A stretch of 64,000 nt of DNA from Patescibacteria group bacterium (GTDB lineage Bacteria > Patescibacteriota > Patescibacteriia > Patescibacteriales > UBA12075). The stretch spans positions 2,152-66,151 of the forward strand of contig JAHILH010000006.1 in assembly GCA_018897195.1 (NCBI GenBank), in the 5' to 3' direction. Below, piece after piece: positions 40,073 to 51,180 of the stretch. Positions within the stretch are counted from its first letter, which is position 1. Each line of letters opens with the position of its first letter. Made by a program: the position numbers and the translations under genes. A model generated the notes under the pieces. It saw only the letters and a program-made list of their open reading frames with translations, searched no databases and was not told where the DNA came from.

Positions 40073-42754
40073 ATGCTTGTCAAAAAACACAATAAAAAAT
40101 TCTTGTTAAGAGCAGCTAGTCTGGGTATTTTTATATTTCTAGGCGCTGTTTTTTTATTGGGAAATGTTAATTTATCTTTGGCGGCAACAGCTGATGAATT
40201 AGCCTGGAATGGTCAGCAAGCTCAATTTGAACAGCAGACTGGTCTGTCTTCAACTAATCCTGTGATTGTGGTGACGAGAATTATCCAAATATTTTTAGGC
40301 TTCCTGGGTTTTATTGCAGTTATTTTAATAATTTATGCTGGTTTTTTATGGATGACTAGTGCGGGGGATGCGGATAAGGTTAAGAAGGCCAAGGATATTC
40401 TTAAAAATGCCTTTATCGGTTTGATAATAATCCTGTCTTCGGTTGGAATTGTTACTTTTATTTTAAATATGCTTATCAATGATAACGGTTCTGGCAGTGG
40501 CAATGGCGCTGGTGGCGGACCTGGTAATGTGCCACCAGGAACAGGGGCAATCGGCAATTGTGCGATTGTAGACTATTATCCAGCGGCCAATCAGCGCGAG
40601 GTGCCGAGAAATTCAGTAGTATTGGTAACTTTTCGTGAGGCATTCAAATTTGATACAGTGGCTGACAATAATTTAGACATCAATACCAGTAATGTAAAAT
40701 TATTCAATAAATGTAATGATACTTGCCAAGTTAGCACGGGTAAGGGTTGCGATGCTTGCTTGGTAGAGGCGACGGCGACATCAACAGACGACAACAAAAC
40801 ATTAGTTATAATGCCAAAGGCTTATCTTGGTTCGCCGACTGAAAATGTGAATTATTACATGGTTATGAATAATGGCATTCAGAATAATAAAGGGAAGGGC
40901 ATTTTTGGTAACTGTACTCCGGATTCAGCAGCTTGGTCTTTTGAGGTGAACACAATGTTGGATTTGGATCCACCTCAAGTTTTAAAAAGAGATCAGGGGG
41001 GCGTTTTCCCTTTGCCAGATAGTCAAAAGGATGTACCTTTGACAAATACAGCCGCCAAGGCGGTCGGAGGAATTACAGTTAATGATATTAATGTTAAAAC
41101 TTTGGTAAAGGCTAGTATTGCAAGTGTTGTAAAAAATCCTGCTAACGCTGGATGGGGCAATATTGATAAAAATTTAAGCAATATTAATAATGGCTGCCAG
41201 GCGAGCCAGATAAAAATTGGCGTAAATGCTGCCTTGACGGCAACGCTAAAGGTTGGAACTGCCAACGCAGGAGTTGGTAAGATTAGTGATGATAAGAAAG
41301 TTTTTAATTTTGATTACTGTGATTTAAAAATTGTCCTTGAAAATGATAAAAATTTTCTAACTGAATGCGGAACAGGTGGTTGTGTTTGGGACATGAGCAT
41401 TACGCCTTATCAAGAGCCTGATTATTTAATGATCGGAAGTTATCAATATATTTTTGTAAATTCAGGCACTAATTCTAATGAAATTGCCCTTGGAGCCAAT
41501 CTACTGACCAAAAATAGCATTGCTGCGGCGATAGCAAGTAAGAATTATTCAGATGTTACGGCTACTGTTTTAGCCAATATTGTAACATTGACTGCGCAAA
41601 AAGCGGGCAATGTCGGCAATGGTATAAGTATTTCCGTTAGCAATCCAAATCTTTTTACTGTGACGGCAATGTATGGCGGAGCGGACTTAAATGACAATGT
41701 TGACGTTAAGGGAGTGCGAGATGAGCCGCGTAATGCGATTATTAAGATGAATTATAATGATCAAATGTTGCCGATCAACGTTTCCGGAGAGGCGACTGTT
41801 AACTCTTCTATTTTTGTCCAATGCGTAAATGCGGGCAATTGTAATGATGCTAATTATTTTTTTGATTGCAATGCCGGCAATAAATGTGTGAAAGGTAAGT
41901 TTAAAATTTCTAATCAATATAAGACAGTGGAGTTTCAGAGTAATAATGAGTGTGGTGTGAATAGTTGTGGTGAAAAAATTTACTGTTTGCCGGCTAATAC
42001 TGAATTACACGTCGGTATGAAGGCGGCAACGCTGGCTGTTTGCGCCAGTGACGGCGATTGCACAAGTAAAAATCCTTTTAACAAATGTGTTGGCGGTCAT
42101 TGTCAGGACGTAACTCTTGGCAAGAACTATCCCTTAGCAAACACAAGTTTCGACGGCTTAATGGATAAAGCAAGGAACTCACTTGATGGTAATCGCAATG
42201 CCTTGGCAATCGGTCCGGTAGCTTTCTATAATGAAAATACCACCCTCGGCTTGGGTGATAGTTTTGAATGGTTATTTTTTATTACTGATAAAATTGATTT
42301 AACTCCACCAAAGGTTGTTAGCACTTTGCCGGCAGGTGGAGGCGCCCCTATTGCAGAGCCAGTTAAAATGAGTTTTAGTAAGATAATGATGTCCTCAAGT
42401 CTTATTCCGGGTTATGTCATGATTCCTGATATGTCCAACAATGACAATGAAATGAAGCACAAAACTCTTAATATTTGGGCGAAGAGTGGTTTTCCAATCG
42501 GTTATTGGGTGACAAGTGAAGATAGTTATGACGCAATGCAGATCGGAAGAACGAATGTGAATATTAATCATTCTGATTTTGATGATTATAATAACTATCG
42601 TGCACAGTCTGGGTCAGGAATTAAAGATATTTATCAGAATTGTTTTAAGCCAAGTGACAAAGTTTCACCTAACTGCACGGCTAATGGTAAACCGTCTTGT
42701 TGTAACGGTGTGGCAACTGATGCTTTAAACAATGAAGGAAATTGTGCTAATTAA
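40073..42754 (+). CDS. TrbC/VirB2-pilin-like domain fused to Ig-like and Cys-rich extracellular domains
   Basis: Signal peptide, IIYAGFLWMTSAGDADKVKKAK..LKNAFIGL, Gly linker, P...VPRNS.V.VTF and DLTPPKVVST Ig-like motifs. Confidence 0.75.
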   Translation: MLVKKHNKKFLLRAASLGIFIFLGAVFLLGNVNLSLAATADELAWNGQQAQFEQQTGLSSTNPVIVVTRIIQIFLGFLGFIAVILIIYAGFLWMTSAGDADKVKKAKDILKNAFIGLIIILSSVGIVTFILNMLINDNGSGSGNGAGGGPGNVPPGTGAIGNCAIVDYYPAANQREVPRNSVVLVTFREAFKFDTVADNNLDINTSNVKLFNKCNDTCQVSTGKGCDACLVEATATSTDDNKTLVIMPKAYLGSPTENVNYYMVMNNGIQNNKGKGIFGNCTPDSAAWSFEVNTMLDLDPPQVLKRDQGGVFPLPDSQKDVPLTNTAAKAVGGITVNDINVKTLVKASIASVVKNPANAGWGNIDKNLSNINNGCQASQIKIGVNAALTATLKVGTANAGVGKISDDKKVFNFDYCDLKIVLENDKNFLTECGTGGCVWDMSITPYQEPDYLMIGSYQYIFVNSGTNSNEIALGANLLTKNSIAAAIASKNYSDVTATVLANIVTLTAQKAGNVGNGISISVSNPNLFTVTAMYGGADLNDNVDVKGVRDEPRNAIIKMNYNDQMLPINVSGEATVNSSIFVQCVNAGNCNDANYFFDCNAGNKCVKGKFKISNQYKTVEFQSNNECGVNSCGEKIYCLPANTELHVGMKAATLAVCASDGDCTSKNPFNKCVGGHCQDVTLGKNYPLANTSFDGLMDKARNSLDGNRNALAIGPVAFYNENTTLGLGDSFEWLFFITDKIDLTPPKVVSTLPAGGGAPIAEPVKMSFSKIMMSSSLIPGYVMIPDMSNNDNEMKHKTLNIWAKSGFPIGYWVTSEDSYDAMQIGRTNVNINHSDFDDYNNYRAQSGSGIKDIYQNCFKPSDKVSPNCTANGKPSCCNGVATDALNNEGNCAN

Positions 42755-42777
42755 TTAGCAATTACAAATTATAAATA

Positions 42778-45700
42778 ATGAAAGCAAAAAACGTAAAAAA
42801 ATTAATTCTTCCAATTATACTGTTAACATTAGCAATGACGGTTTTTTTGGCTGCACCAGCTTTGGCTCAACTTAATCCTTGGGGTCAATCGAGCGCCATT
42901 CAGGATCAAACCGGTTTGTCAGCGACAAGTCCTGTTTTGGTGGTTGCTAATATTATTAAATTTGTTTTAGGTTTTCTAGGTTTTATTACTTTAATTTTGA
43001 TAATATATGCCGGCTTCCTTTGGATGATGTCTAACGGCAATGCTGATAGGGTGGCCAAGGCGAAAAAAACTATAATTGCAGCCGTGGTTGGCTTGACTAT
43101 TGTCTTGTCCTCTTATGGAATTGCTAGCTTTGTTTTAAATTTATTACTTGATGGTAATGGTGGGAATGGTGGATCAGCCCTTTGTGCTAACGGCAATGAG
43201 ACTACTTGTTGCAGTGGTAGCGGAACACGACTTTGCATTGATGGTGTTTGGGGTGCTTGCAGCAATTCTTTTTGTGATGGTTATGGCGGTTCTGGAGGAA
43301 CTTCTTTTCCAGCGGGAGCCGGTTTGGGAGAATCTTGCGGAACGACTCCTGGTAACTGTGAAGCGTCAACAACTTGTGCTATTGGCTTGAATTGTGATAT
43401 TGCTGCTTGTACTTGTCAGGGTCCGCCAGTGATTGACTGGGTAAGTCCGGTGGGTGGATTTTGCTGGAATAAGCTTGGCAGCTCGACTGATTCAGCTTGT
43501 TTAACCGACCAGGATTGTTCGAATGTAACAGCTGGGCCGGGAACTTGTGCAACTAGTACACCTAATGGTGCGGTGAATTCAATGATGACAATTGGTGGAC
43601 GTTACTTTGCGTCAGCGACTTCGACGCCGGCCATTGGTAAAGTTTATTTTAAAACTGCAGCTGGGGCAGATGTGGAGGCGAAATTAGCCAATAATCCTGC
43701 CGGTGGCAATGCGCAATGTACTAATGTCTGGAGCAGTGACAAGGTGGTCGTATTGGTTCCTGGTAACGTGGCCGATACTAGTTTAATTAAAATTAGAAGA
43801 GCAGACGGCGAAGAGGATACCACTAATAATCAAGAAAGGGGCCCGATTATTCCTAATTTTTTAAAAAATAATATTATTAGACCAGGCTTGTGTAGTATCA
43901 GTCCTAATGGCGGAGTGATCGGTAAAGAAATAAAATACTTTGGAGTTAATTTGTCGGGTGCAAGTGCTTTCTTCGGTAGTTATTCAGTCGCAGCTATTCC
44001 GGGTGATAGCTCCGTCTTTGTTGGTGATTTGTCTGGGAAAACTAATGTGCCCAACATGCAAGCTGGCAAAACTACCACTTATATTCAAAAAGGCCTAACA
44101 AATAGTAATTATTATCCTTTCGAAAAGCTAAAAGAGGGAGTGGGTGAGCCACGTATCATTAGCTTTGACCCGATAAAAGGTAACAGTGGACAGTATGTCA
44201 CTATTCATGGTGCTGATTTTGGCTATGCGACTGCGGCACAACTGGGAATTACTAATCATGTTTATTTGGATAATAATCTAACTGATAATGACAAGGGTGT
44301 TGAAGCTTCTTTTGCTTTTCCTGATGTTTGTACTGAGAGTGTCTGGAGTGATAAGCAAATTATTTTTAAAGTAGCTTCTTCTACCAAGCTTATTGATAAT
44401 GCAAAATATTATGTAGTTATTGCCACCAAGGACTGGGTGATTGATAGTGGTAATTTACTTACGATTGGTGGTATTTCTCCAACCTTTACTTTTAGTTCTT
44501 CAACGCCTTTATCACCAAGCCTATGTTTAATTTCTCCCAAGATTGGTATGCCAAACATTACCGACGTGAGTCTGTATGGTGAGTATTTTGGCAATAAGGT
44601 GGCTGGTAAAGTTAAATTTTATAAAAATGTTGATATCTCCGGTTTTAATGATTCTTCTTGGTTGTATAATAGCGCTGATAAGTTTTATCAGGTAGCGACC
44701 AAAACACCAGTGACAGCGATTAGTGGTCCCGTGGTTGTTTCGCAAGGAGTTAATATTAGTAATAGTCTCAATTTTGAAGTCGGTTCTTGTTTGGCGGTTG
44801 GAGGTACCCAGCAAGATAAAAATATCGCTTGCGGTTCTATCTGCTGTCCAGAAAATAGCAGTATGGCTGGTCAGTGTGCTGATACCATGAACACTTGTTA
44901 TGTTGGTGGGGCGCTAACTTCTGTCTATGAATGGGATTTTGATACAAGTAAAAAGGGCGCAATTGGCGAACCTTGTGATGCGGCCACTTCGACGGCTGTT
45001 TGTGAGCCTGACAACACTAAATGTGCTAGTGGCTTAGTCTGTAAGGCCGACAAAGATTGTACTTGCCAACCAGATGTTAGCGCTTGCTCCTCTTATGATT
45101 TATTACAATGTATTGATACTTTGTTTTGTCCAAATTCACCAGGAAAATGTTCTCCATATCAAGGTGGGGAAAATTTATTTGACACAAATGTGACTTGCTC
45201 GACGGTGAATAGCAGTGACTTGATTTATAATGCAAATTTAAATCGTTATGCAAGTTCAACGCAGAATTGTTCCTTGGGGGCGACGACTAAAGATGTTTTA
45301 GGCAAAGATGTTCAGACTTTTTGTGCTCTTTACAACCAGTCTCCGCGTTACCAATTTAAAACCAGTATGAGTTGTCCTACCGGTTGGACTTTGGCCCTTG
45401 GTGGCGTTTGCGTGGACTTGGTTAATAGTTGTAATTTGTGTGCCGGCAATTTGAAATGCGCGGATAATAGTGGTACCGGTGTTTGTGTTGATGATAGGCC
45501 AGTTTGTTCGAGTGGGTCGAAATGTGTTAGCGAAAAATGTGTTAAAGATGATAAGGCTTCTTGTGATTGTTGTTGTGAAATAGGTAAAGAAGGTGACTGT
45601 TGTGCTGGCTTAACTTGCGGTGGTACTTGCGGCAGTGACACTACAAACGATGGTGCTGGTTTTGGTGAGTGTAGTGGCTGTAACATTGACGGCGATCAAA

Positions 45701-48234
45701 GCAAGTCAGATTTGGCTTGTAATTGTAGTGGTACTAATGGAAAATATTGTGACATGACGGCAGCCAGTAATAAAGGCGTTTGCCTAGACTGTGCGTCCTT
45801 GCCAGCAGATTCTTGTTCTGATCATAGTTCGACCTGTTGTGTTGATGGTGTGAATGGCAATAAATGTGCCGGCGGCGCGGGAAATCTTGCTTTAGATATT
45901 TTTAAAGTTCCAGCTAAAGACGCCTATTGCGCTTATTATGATTGTAATAGTAATGGCACTTGTGGCGTGGCAAGCACGACGGGGCAATATTTTAATGACA
46001 ATACTTGTAATCAGGAATGCACCTTGACTTTGGCGGGGGCAAAGTGTTCCAAGGTGGTTTCGAACGCAACTAAATGTTCTTATGATTTTTGTAAGGATTT
46101 ATATTGTTTGGATGAGTCTGGCGATAAATTAGCCGGTTGCGATGCTAATGGTAATAATTGCACGCCTTGCACTGATGGCACATGTGGTAATTGTTGTTGT
46201 GATCCGGCAAAAACCGGAACTGATCCAAATGATGCTACGACTTATGATAAATGTAAAAAAATTAACTCTGTTTTAGATTGTCGAGCCAATGTCGGCCCCT
46301 GTGATGGTGCTGGACGCGGTCTTTGTTGTGGTTGCTCTGATGATCAGAGTTGTGGCGATGAAGGAGTATCCAATGGTTGCAGTACAGACACTTGTTGTCG
46401 AGCGCGTCCAAATGTGGCCTCTTCTAGTCCGGCCGATGATGCAACCGCTGTTTGCCGTAATGCCAAAATAGAAGTTACCTTTGATCAAGTGATGGATATT
46501 AATAGTTTTTCTGATAACACGATTGTGGCGGGTGACTACGGCACTGGACAGTGTCCAGCCGAAACACAATATGTAGCAATGACTGGAATGAGCGACAAGC
46601 ATAATCTTTTCGCGAGAATTTATTATCGGGTTATTGATTTTATCGAACCTATTTTACCAACATCAATTGCTAATGCCTTGATGATGCCAACAACTAATAA
46701 TTATTGCGCGATCCCCGGATCAGTGAGTGGTTATGTAACAGCTGGCGACAAGGCTGTGTTGGAATTTAGTCCTAAAAAATTACTAGATACAAAAAGATTG
46801 TATTATGTTATAATAAAGGGCGATGAAAACTTAAATAGTAAGACGGGTGTAAAAAGCAATTGGGGAGTAGGAATGAATGGTGAATCCATGGACGCGGGAA
46901 TAATGTTCAATGGCATAACTTACAAAAACTCACACGTCTTGTCTTTTGAAACCTTGGGTAGTCAAGGAGCCAACAAAGGTGTTTGCTTGGTGAACAAGGT
47001 TAGTATTAATCCAAGTTCTTATCTTTTTCAAACTAATATTAATAATTTTGGTGACGATGTTTATGGTAGTGCTAATTTTGATAAAGTTAAGGATAGCGAT
47101 AAGGTTTTTATTTCTAAAGCCTTGAGCATTGATGGACAGCTATTGTCAGGAATTTCTGGTGTGTATGACTGGAGTTGGGGTTGGAATTCTACCAATCAAG
47201 GAGTGGCGAGCAATGTATCGCTTGCTGAATTGCCTGATTACGAAAGTTTAGTCAAGGTAAAAGATGGTGTTGTTGAAGGCAAAACGGATATTGGCGCAAA
47301 ATTAACAATTACTGCCTCATCTCTTGATGGGAGCTCACTTGGCGCAAGTTTAAGCGCCACGTCAAAGGTGTATGTCTTTATTTGTGCGAATCCTTGGCCA
47401 CCGGTAAAAGATGATGGAACGTGGTTGCCGTGGATTGACAGTAATACCAATTGCGATATCAATAGTGGCGCTTGTAATAATGCTAATTTTGAATCATATT
47501 ATTGCCGTGATCTTGGCAGCGACAGCACCTTGGATGATTTGCCGGCAATTGGTAATAACGACAGTATTGTTCATGGCACAAGTAGTCAAAAATCAATGGC
47601 CGACTTAGTAAAAGAAGTTTATTTTTTCCGTGGTCGAGAGGCGAGTACGAATAATAGTGCAACTTTTACGGCAGCTGTAAATTCAATGGCTATTGATGGC
47701 GGCGAGGTGAGTGTTAATTGGTCTGATAATGCGTTTGATGTTTTGTCAGTAAAAAATTACAAAGTTTATTGGGGCGTTAAGACCGGTAGTCATACTTTTT
47801 CTAGGGTAGTATCGCCAGACCTTAATAGTGTGAATATTAATGGTTTAAAAAATAATACCACTTATTATTTTAATATGACGGCTATTGCTAGTGATTCTGG
47901 TGCAGAAAGTGAATTTTTGAAAAATGAAGATATAGTTGTTTTGGTAAAAGATGTTTATTCTCCTGCCAAGGTGGAAAACTTTACCGCTACTTATAGCGAT
48001 AGTAATTCAATGTTGTTGAACTGGAATAAGGTTAATGGAAATCCGGCTAAATATATTATATATTATGGCGTTAATAATGGTTACGGTTATTCTAAAGAAG
48101 TTAGCAGTCTTAGCAGTAGTGTAGTCATTGCTGGCTTAACCAACGGCGGTAGTTATAATTTTGGCATTATCGCTGTCGACCTATCTGGAAACGCAAGTGC
48201 GACAACCACAGTTCAGGCAATATTAAATCCTTAA
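42778..48234 (+). CDS. Giant TrbC/VirB2-pilin-like fusion with IPT/TIG-like, Cys-rich, Ig-like and FN3 domains
   Basis: IIYAGFLWMMSNGNADRVAKAKKTI; PRIISFDPIKG..GQYVTIHG; dense Cys region; INGLKNNTTYYF and IAGLTNGGSYNF FN3 repeats. Confidence 0.78.
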   Translation: MKAKNVKKLILPIILLTLAMTVFLAAPALAQLNPWGQSSAIQDQTGLSATSPVLVVANIIKFVLGFLGFITLILIIYAGFLWMMSNGNADRVAKAKKTIIAAVVGLTIVLSSYGIASFVLNLLLDGNGGNGGSALCANGNETTCCSGSGTRLCIDGVWGACSNSFCDGYGGSGGTSFPAGAGLGESCGTTPGNCEASTTCAIGLNCDIAACTCQGPPVIDWVSPVGGFCWNKLGSSTDSACLTDQDCSNVTAGPGTCATSTPNGAVNSMMTIGGRYFASATSTPAIGKVYFKTAAGADVEAKLANNPAGGNAQCTNVWSSDKVVVLVPGNVADTSLIKIRRADGEEDTTNNQERGPIIPNFLKNNIIRPGLCSISPNGGVIGKEIKYFGVNLSGASAFFGSYSVAAIPGDSSVFVGDLSGKTNVPNMQAGKTTTYIQKGLTNSNYYPFEKLKEGVGEPRIISFDPIKGNSGQYVTIHGADFGYATAAQLGITNHVYLDNNLTDNDKGVEASFAFPDVCTESVWSDKQIIFKVASSTKLIDNAKYYVVIATKDWVIDSGNLLTIGGISPTFTFSSSTPLSPSLCLISPKIGMPNITDVSLYGEYFGNKVAGKVKFYKNVDISGFNDSSWLYNSADKFYQVATKTPVTAISGPVVVSQGVNISNSLNFEVGSCLAVGGTQQDKNIACGSICCPENSSMAGQCADTMNTCYVGGALTSVYEWDFDTSKKGAIGEPCDAATSTAVCEPDNTKCASGLVCKADKDCTCQPDVSACSSYDLLQCIDTLFCPNSPGKCSPYQGGENLFDTNVTCSTVNSSDLIYNANLNRYASSTQNCSLGATTKDVLGKDVQTFCALYNQSPRYQFKTSMSCPTGWTLALGGVCVDLVNSCNLCAGNLKCADNSGTGVCVDDRPVCSSGSKCVSEKCVKDDKASCDCCCEIGKEGDCCAGLTCGGTCGSDTTNDGAGFGECSGCNIDGDQSKSDLACNCSGTNGKYCDMTAASNKGVCLDCASLPADSCSDHSSTCCVDGVNGNKCAGGAGNLALDIFKVPAKDAYCAYYDCNSNGTCGVASTTGQYFNDNTCNQECTLTLAGAKCSKVVSNATKCSYDFCKDLYCLDESGDKLAGCDANGNNCTPCTDGTCGNCCCDPAKTGTDPNDATTYDKCKKINSVLDCRANVGPCDGAGRGLCCGCSDDQSCGDEGVSNGCSTDTCCRARPNVASSSPADDATAVCRNAKIEVTFDQVMDINSFSDNTIVAGDYGTGQCPAETQYVAMTGMSDKHNLFARIYYRVIDFIEPILPTSIANALMMPTTNNYCAIPGSVSGYVTAGDKAVLEFSPKKLLDTKRLYYVIIKGDENLNSKTGVKSNWGVGMNGESMDAGIMFNGITYKNSHVLSFETLGSQGANKGVCLVNKVSINPSSYLFQTNINNFGDDVYGSANFDKVKDSDKVFISKALSIDGQLLSGISGVYDWSWGWNSTNQGVASNVSLAELPDYESLVKVKDGVVEGKTDIGAKLTITASSLDGSSLGASLSATSKVYVFICANPWPPVKDDGTWLPWIDSNTNCDINSGACNNANFESYYCRDLGSDSTLDDLPAIGNNDSIVHGTSSQKSMADLVKEVYFFRGREASTNNSATFTAAVNSMAIDGGEVSVNWSDNAFDVLSVKNYKVYWGVKTGSHTFSRVVSPDLNSVNINGLKNNTTYYFNMTAIASDSGAESEFLKNEDIVVLVKDVYSPAKVENFTATYSDSNSMLLNWNKVNGNPAKYIIYYGVNNGYGYSKEVSSLSSSVVIAGLTNGGSYNFGIIAVDLSGNASATTTVQAILNP

Positions 48235-48264
48235 TTTAATTAACATAATTAAAAGTAAAACTTT

Positions 48265-49170
48265 ATGTTCGATGATTTAAACCAACAAAGTGATCCCAGT
48301 CAAAATGGGCCAAAAATAAATAACATTCCTTCGCCAGTGGCAGAGGATATGTTCGCTGCTATTGAGCCAGCTGTTGAGAAGCCAGTTCAATTCCAGCCAC
48401 GAGTTAATAATGCCAATGAGGTAATTGGTGACAATGAGGAGCACAAAGGAAATATGCAAAAAGTTTTTGTTTTAGCAATGACCGTTCTTGGCTTTGCGCT
48501 ATTGGGCGTTGGTGCTTATTTCGGGTATGGCTATTTGATGACAAAAAAGACAGCCGTACTTATAAAGAATGAGCCAATCGTGGAGGAGAAAAAACCGGTA
48601 GAAACTCCAGCGGTTGCTGATGTTGCTAGCACTACTGCAAATGTGTCGTTAGAACAAGGAATTGATACTGATAAAGATGGATTAACTGATGCCGAGGAAC
48701 AACAACTAGGAACAAATATTGACAGTACTGATACTGATTCTGATGGTCTTTTTGATCGAGAGGAAGTAAAGGTTTACAAGACAAACGCTTTGAATCCTGA
48801 TACTGACGGTGATGGCATGAGCGATGGCGATGAGGTGAAGATTGGTAGAAATCCGAATGGAGAGGGTAGCCTCTTGAACTCAGTTACAACCGAGACAGCA
48901 GCCGCTTCTACATCAGTGCCGTTGCAATCAAGTCCGGTAGCAGGAAGTGAGGCAGTTGTTACAGGGTCTGCAAATAGCGAAGTAACACCAGTGGCCACCA
49001 ATCCAGTTGATTCTACAATTGATTCTGATCAAGATGGTTTGACTGATGCAGAAGAAGCGAAATATGGGACTGATCCGCTAAATAGCGACTCTGATGGCGA
49101 TACTTATCTTGATGGTGCCGAAGTTAAGGGTGGCTATAATCCATTGGGAGCTGGTAAGTTGGTAAAATAA
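48265..49170 (+). CDS. Single-pass membrane protein with DxDxDG (TSP3-like) repeats
   Basis: TM then DTDKDGLTD, DTDSDGLFD, DTDGDGMSD, DSDQDGLTD, DSDGDTYLD...GYNPLG. Confidence 0.8.
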   Translation: MFDDLNQQSDPSQNGPKINNIPSPVAEDMFAAIEPAVEKPVQFQPRVNNANEVIGDNEEHKGNMQKVFVLAMTVLGFALLGVGAYFGYGYLMTKKTAVLIKNEPIVEEKKPVETPAVADVASTTANVSLEQGIDTDKDGLTDAEEQQLGTNIDSTDTDSDGLFDREEVKVYKTNALNPDTDGDGMSDGDEVKIGRNPNGEGSLLNSVTTETAAASTSVPLQSSPVAGSEAVVTGSANSEVTPVATNPVDSTIDSDQDGLTDAEEAKYGTDPLNSDSDGDTYLDGAEVKGGYNPLGAGKLVK

Positions 49171-49191
49171 TTACTTTTTTAAGATAAAAAA

Positions 49192-50298
49192 ATGAATCAA
49201 GAAGAAGAAAATAAAAATATTGGTAGCGAAAAAAAATATGAAAATTTTTTGCGCGATGGAATAGTTGTGCATACCATGCCAAAGAGTTTTAGAAGGGCTA
49301 AATCTGCCAGCGAGGGTAGTCATATGAGCGCCGGTGTTTTTGTAATGGCTGGGGGCTTGATTTTATTGGTTGGTCTTGGTTTTTTGTTGTATTACATGGT
49401 TGTTAAAAAAGATTTTTTTTCTTTAAACAAAAATATTGACATGATGATAGAGGAGGAGAAAGCAGCGCTTGGTGATAATGAAAAAAAAGACACTAATCCA
49501 GTGGCTACAACAACGTCTTTGATAAATGCGACAAGTACCGAGGCGCTTGTCGATGGAGCGACTAGCACTATTGATGATTTGATTAATGAATTTAATCAAG
49601 ACTTGAGCACTTCGACGTTTAGTACCTCTTCGGAGTCATTGGATATTTCCAGCAGTATTGATTCGACAACGATAAATTCAGACATTGTTAATTCCGGCGA
49701 AAGCTATGTGCGCGATGAGTTAAAAAAAGAAGCTATTATTGGAGAGGCGACTGACAGCGATGCTGATGGTTTAAGCGATCTTGAGGAGGTGCTTTTGGGA
49801 ACGGATTTTAATAAAATGGATACTGATGGTGATGGTTATAGCGATTTTCAGGAACTTGATAAAATGTATGATCCAGTCGGTAAGGGCAGTTTGGCTAGTA
49901 ATAAGGCAATTACGAGTTATTCTAATCCAACCCATGGATATTCGTTGATTTATCCCATGGCTTGGACACCTAGTAATTTCGACAAGGATGATTCGATAAT
50001 GTTTAAGATTGACGGTTTTCAATTTGTGCAAATTATTGTTCAGCCCATTCCCGATAATCAAGTGATTGAAGAATGGTATAAAAAAACGGCTAACATTGAC
50101 ATGATTAATGAGTCGCAAAAGGTTAGCACTAAGGCGGGTTGGAGCGGAATTGTTAGCAAGGATGGTTTAAATTACTATTTGACTAAGAATGGTTCCAGTG
50201 ATGTCTATATTATTTCGTATAATTTAGGCGCCAGTAATGCGCTTAATTATCAAAAATTATTTGAGATGATGGTGAATAGCTTGGATGTTGTAAATTAA
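49192..50298 (+). CDS. Single-pass membrane protein with DxDxDG repeat and PsbP-like C-terminal domain
   Basis: HTMPK, TM, Ser/Thr linker, DSDADGLSD...DTDGDGYSD, YSNPTHGYSLIYPMAW...FEMMVNSL. Confidence 0.72.
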   Translation: MNQEEENKNIGSEKKYENFLRDGIVVHTMPKSFRRAKSASEGSHMSAGVFVMAGGLILLVGLGFLLYYMVVKKDFFSLNKNIDMMIEEEKAALGDNEKKDTNPVATTTSLINATSTEALVDGATSTIDDLINEFNQDLSTSTFSTSSESLDISSSIDSTTINSDIVNSGESYVRDELKKEAIIGEATDSDADGLSDLEEVLLGTDFNKMDTDGDGYSDFQELDKMYDPVGKGSLASNKAITSYSNPTHGYSLIYPMAWTPSNFDKDDSIMFKIDGFQFVQIIVQPIPDNQVIEEWYKKTANIDMINESQKVSTKAGWSGIVSKDGLNYYLTKNGSSDVYIISYNLGASNALNYQKLFEMMVNSLDVVN

Positions 50299-50303
50299 AA
50301 TTT

Positions 50304-50705
50304 ATGGTGGATGTTGTTAATAAAACTAGATCGAATATAAATTTGAAATTGGTGGAAAAAGTTTCAAGTAAATTTTTAGAGTTGATTAAAGAAAAGCGCG
50401 ATGTGTCGATTGTGTTTGTGGGTGATAAGCGAATTCAGGATTTAAACAAGTCTTATCGCCATAAAGATAAGGTTACTGATATTTTATCTTTTGATGGTGA
50501 CCGGGACTTTTTTGGCGAAATTATTATCGACTACGCCCAAATCAAAAGACAGGCCAAAATTTTTTCTAAAAGTGTTAAAGATGAGTTGGTTTTTATTTTG
50601 ATTCATGGCTTATTGCATTTGCAAGGCTACGATGATAAAACCGAAAAGGGGCGCTTGCAAATGGAAAAATTAGGAGAGAGTTTTGTTAAAAAAATAAAAT
50701 ACTAA
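50304..50705 (+). CDS. ybeY: rRNA maturation endoribonuclease YbeY
   Basis: LNKSYRHKDKVTDILSF, GEIII, IHGLLHLQGYD. Confidence 0.93.
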   Translation: MVDVVNKTRSNINLKLVEKVSSKFLELIKEKRDVSIVFVGDKRIQDLNKSYRHKDKVTDILSFDGDRDFFGEIIIDYAQIKRQAKIFSKSVKDELVFILIHGLLHLQGYDDKTEKGRLQMEKLGESFVKKIKY

Positions 50706-50709
50706 AAAT

Positions 50710-51072
50710 ATGTTTAAAATAAAACGCTTATTCAAAAGTTTTAAATACGCCGTCAAGGGTCTTTTTTTAGTAATGCGCGACGAGCAGAATTTTCGCGTGC
50801 ATATTATTTTCGCCATACTGGCCTTAGGTTTTTCTTGGTTTTTTCATATTACGCAGATAGAGTTAATTATTGTTATTTTGCTAATAGCGCAGGTGATGTT
50901 AATGGAAGTTGTTAATAGCGCCATTGAGCGCGTGACCGATATCTTAAAACCGCGCATCAATGACTTTGTGATGGAAATTAAGGATATTATGGCTGCAGCA
51001 GTCATGTTGTCTTCAATGGTGGCGATAATAGTTGGTTTAATTATTTTTATACCGTATATATTAGGCAATTAA
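50710..51072 (+). CDS. dgkA: Diacylglycerol/undecaprenol kinase family protein
   Basis: SFKYAVKG, EQNFRVH, EVVNSAIERVTD, KDIMAAAV. Confidence 0.92.
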   Translation: MFKIKRLFKSFKYAVKGLFLVMRDEQNFRVHIIFAILALGFSWFFHITQIELIIVILLIAQVMLMEVVNSAIERVTDILKPRINDFVMEIKDIMAAAVMLSSMVAIIVGLIIFIPYILGN

Positions 51073-51180
51073 GCTAATTTTGTTTGGACTGGTAATTATT
51101 TTGTGATTATATTATAATATTAAAAGAAAATACATTTTTGTGCATTACTTGTGTACAGTTTATTTTTGTAATTTTAAACA

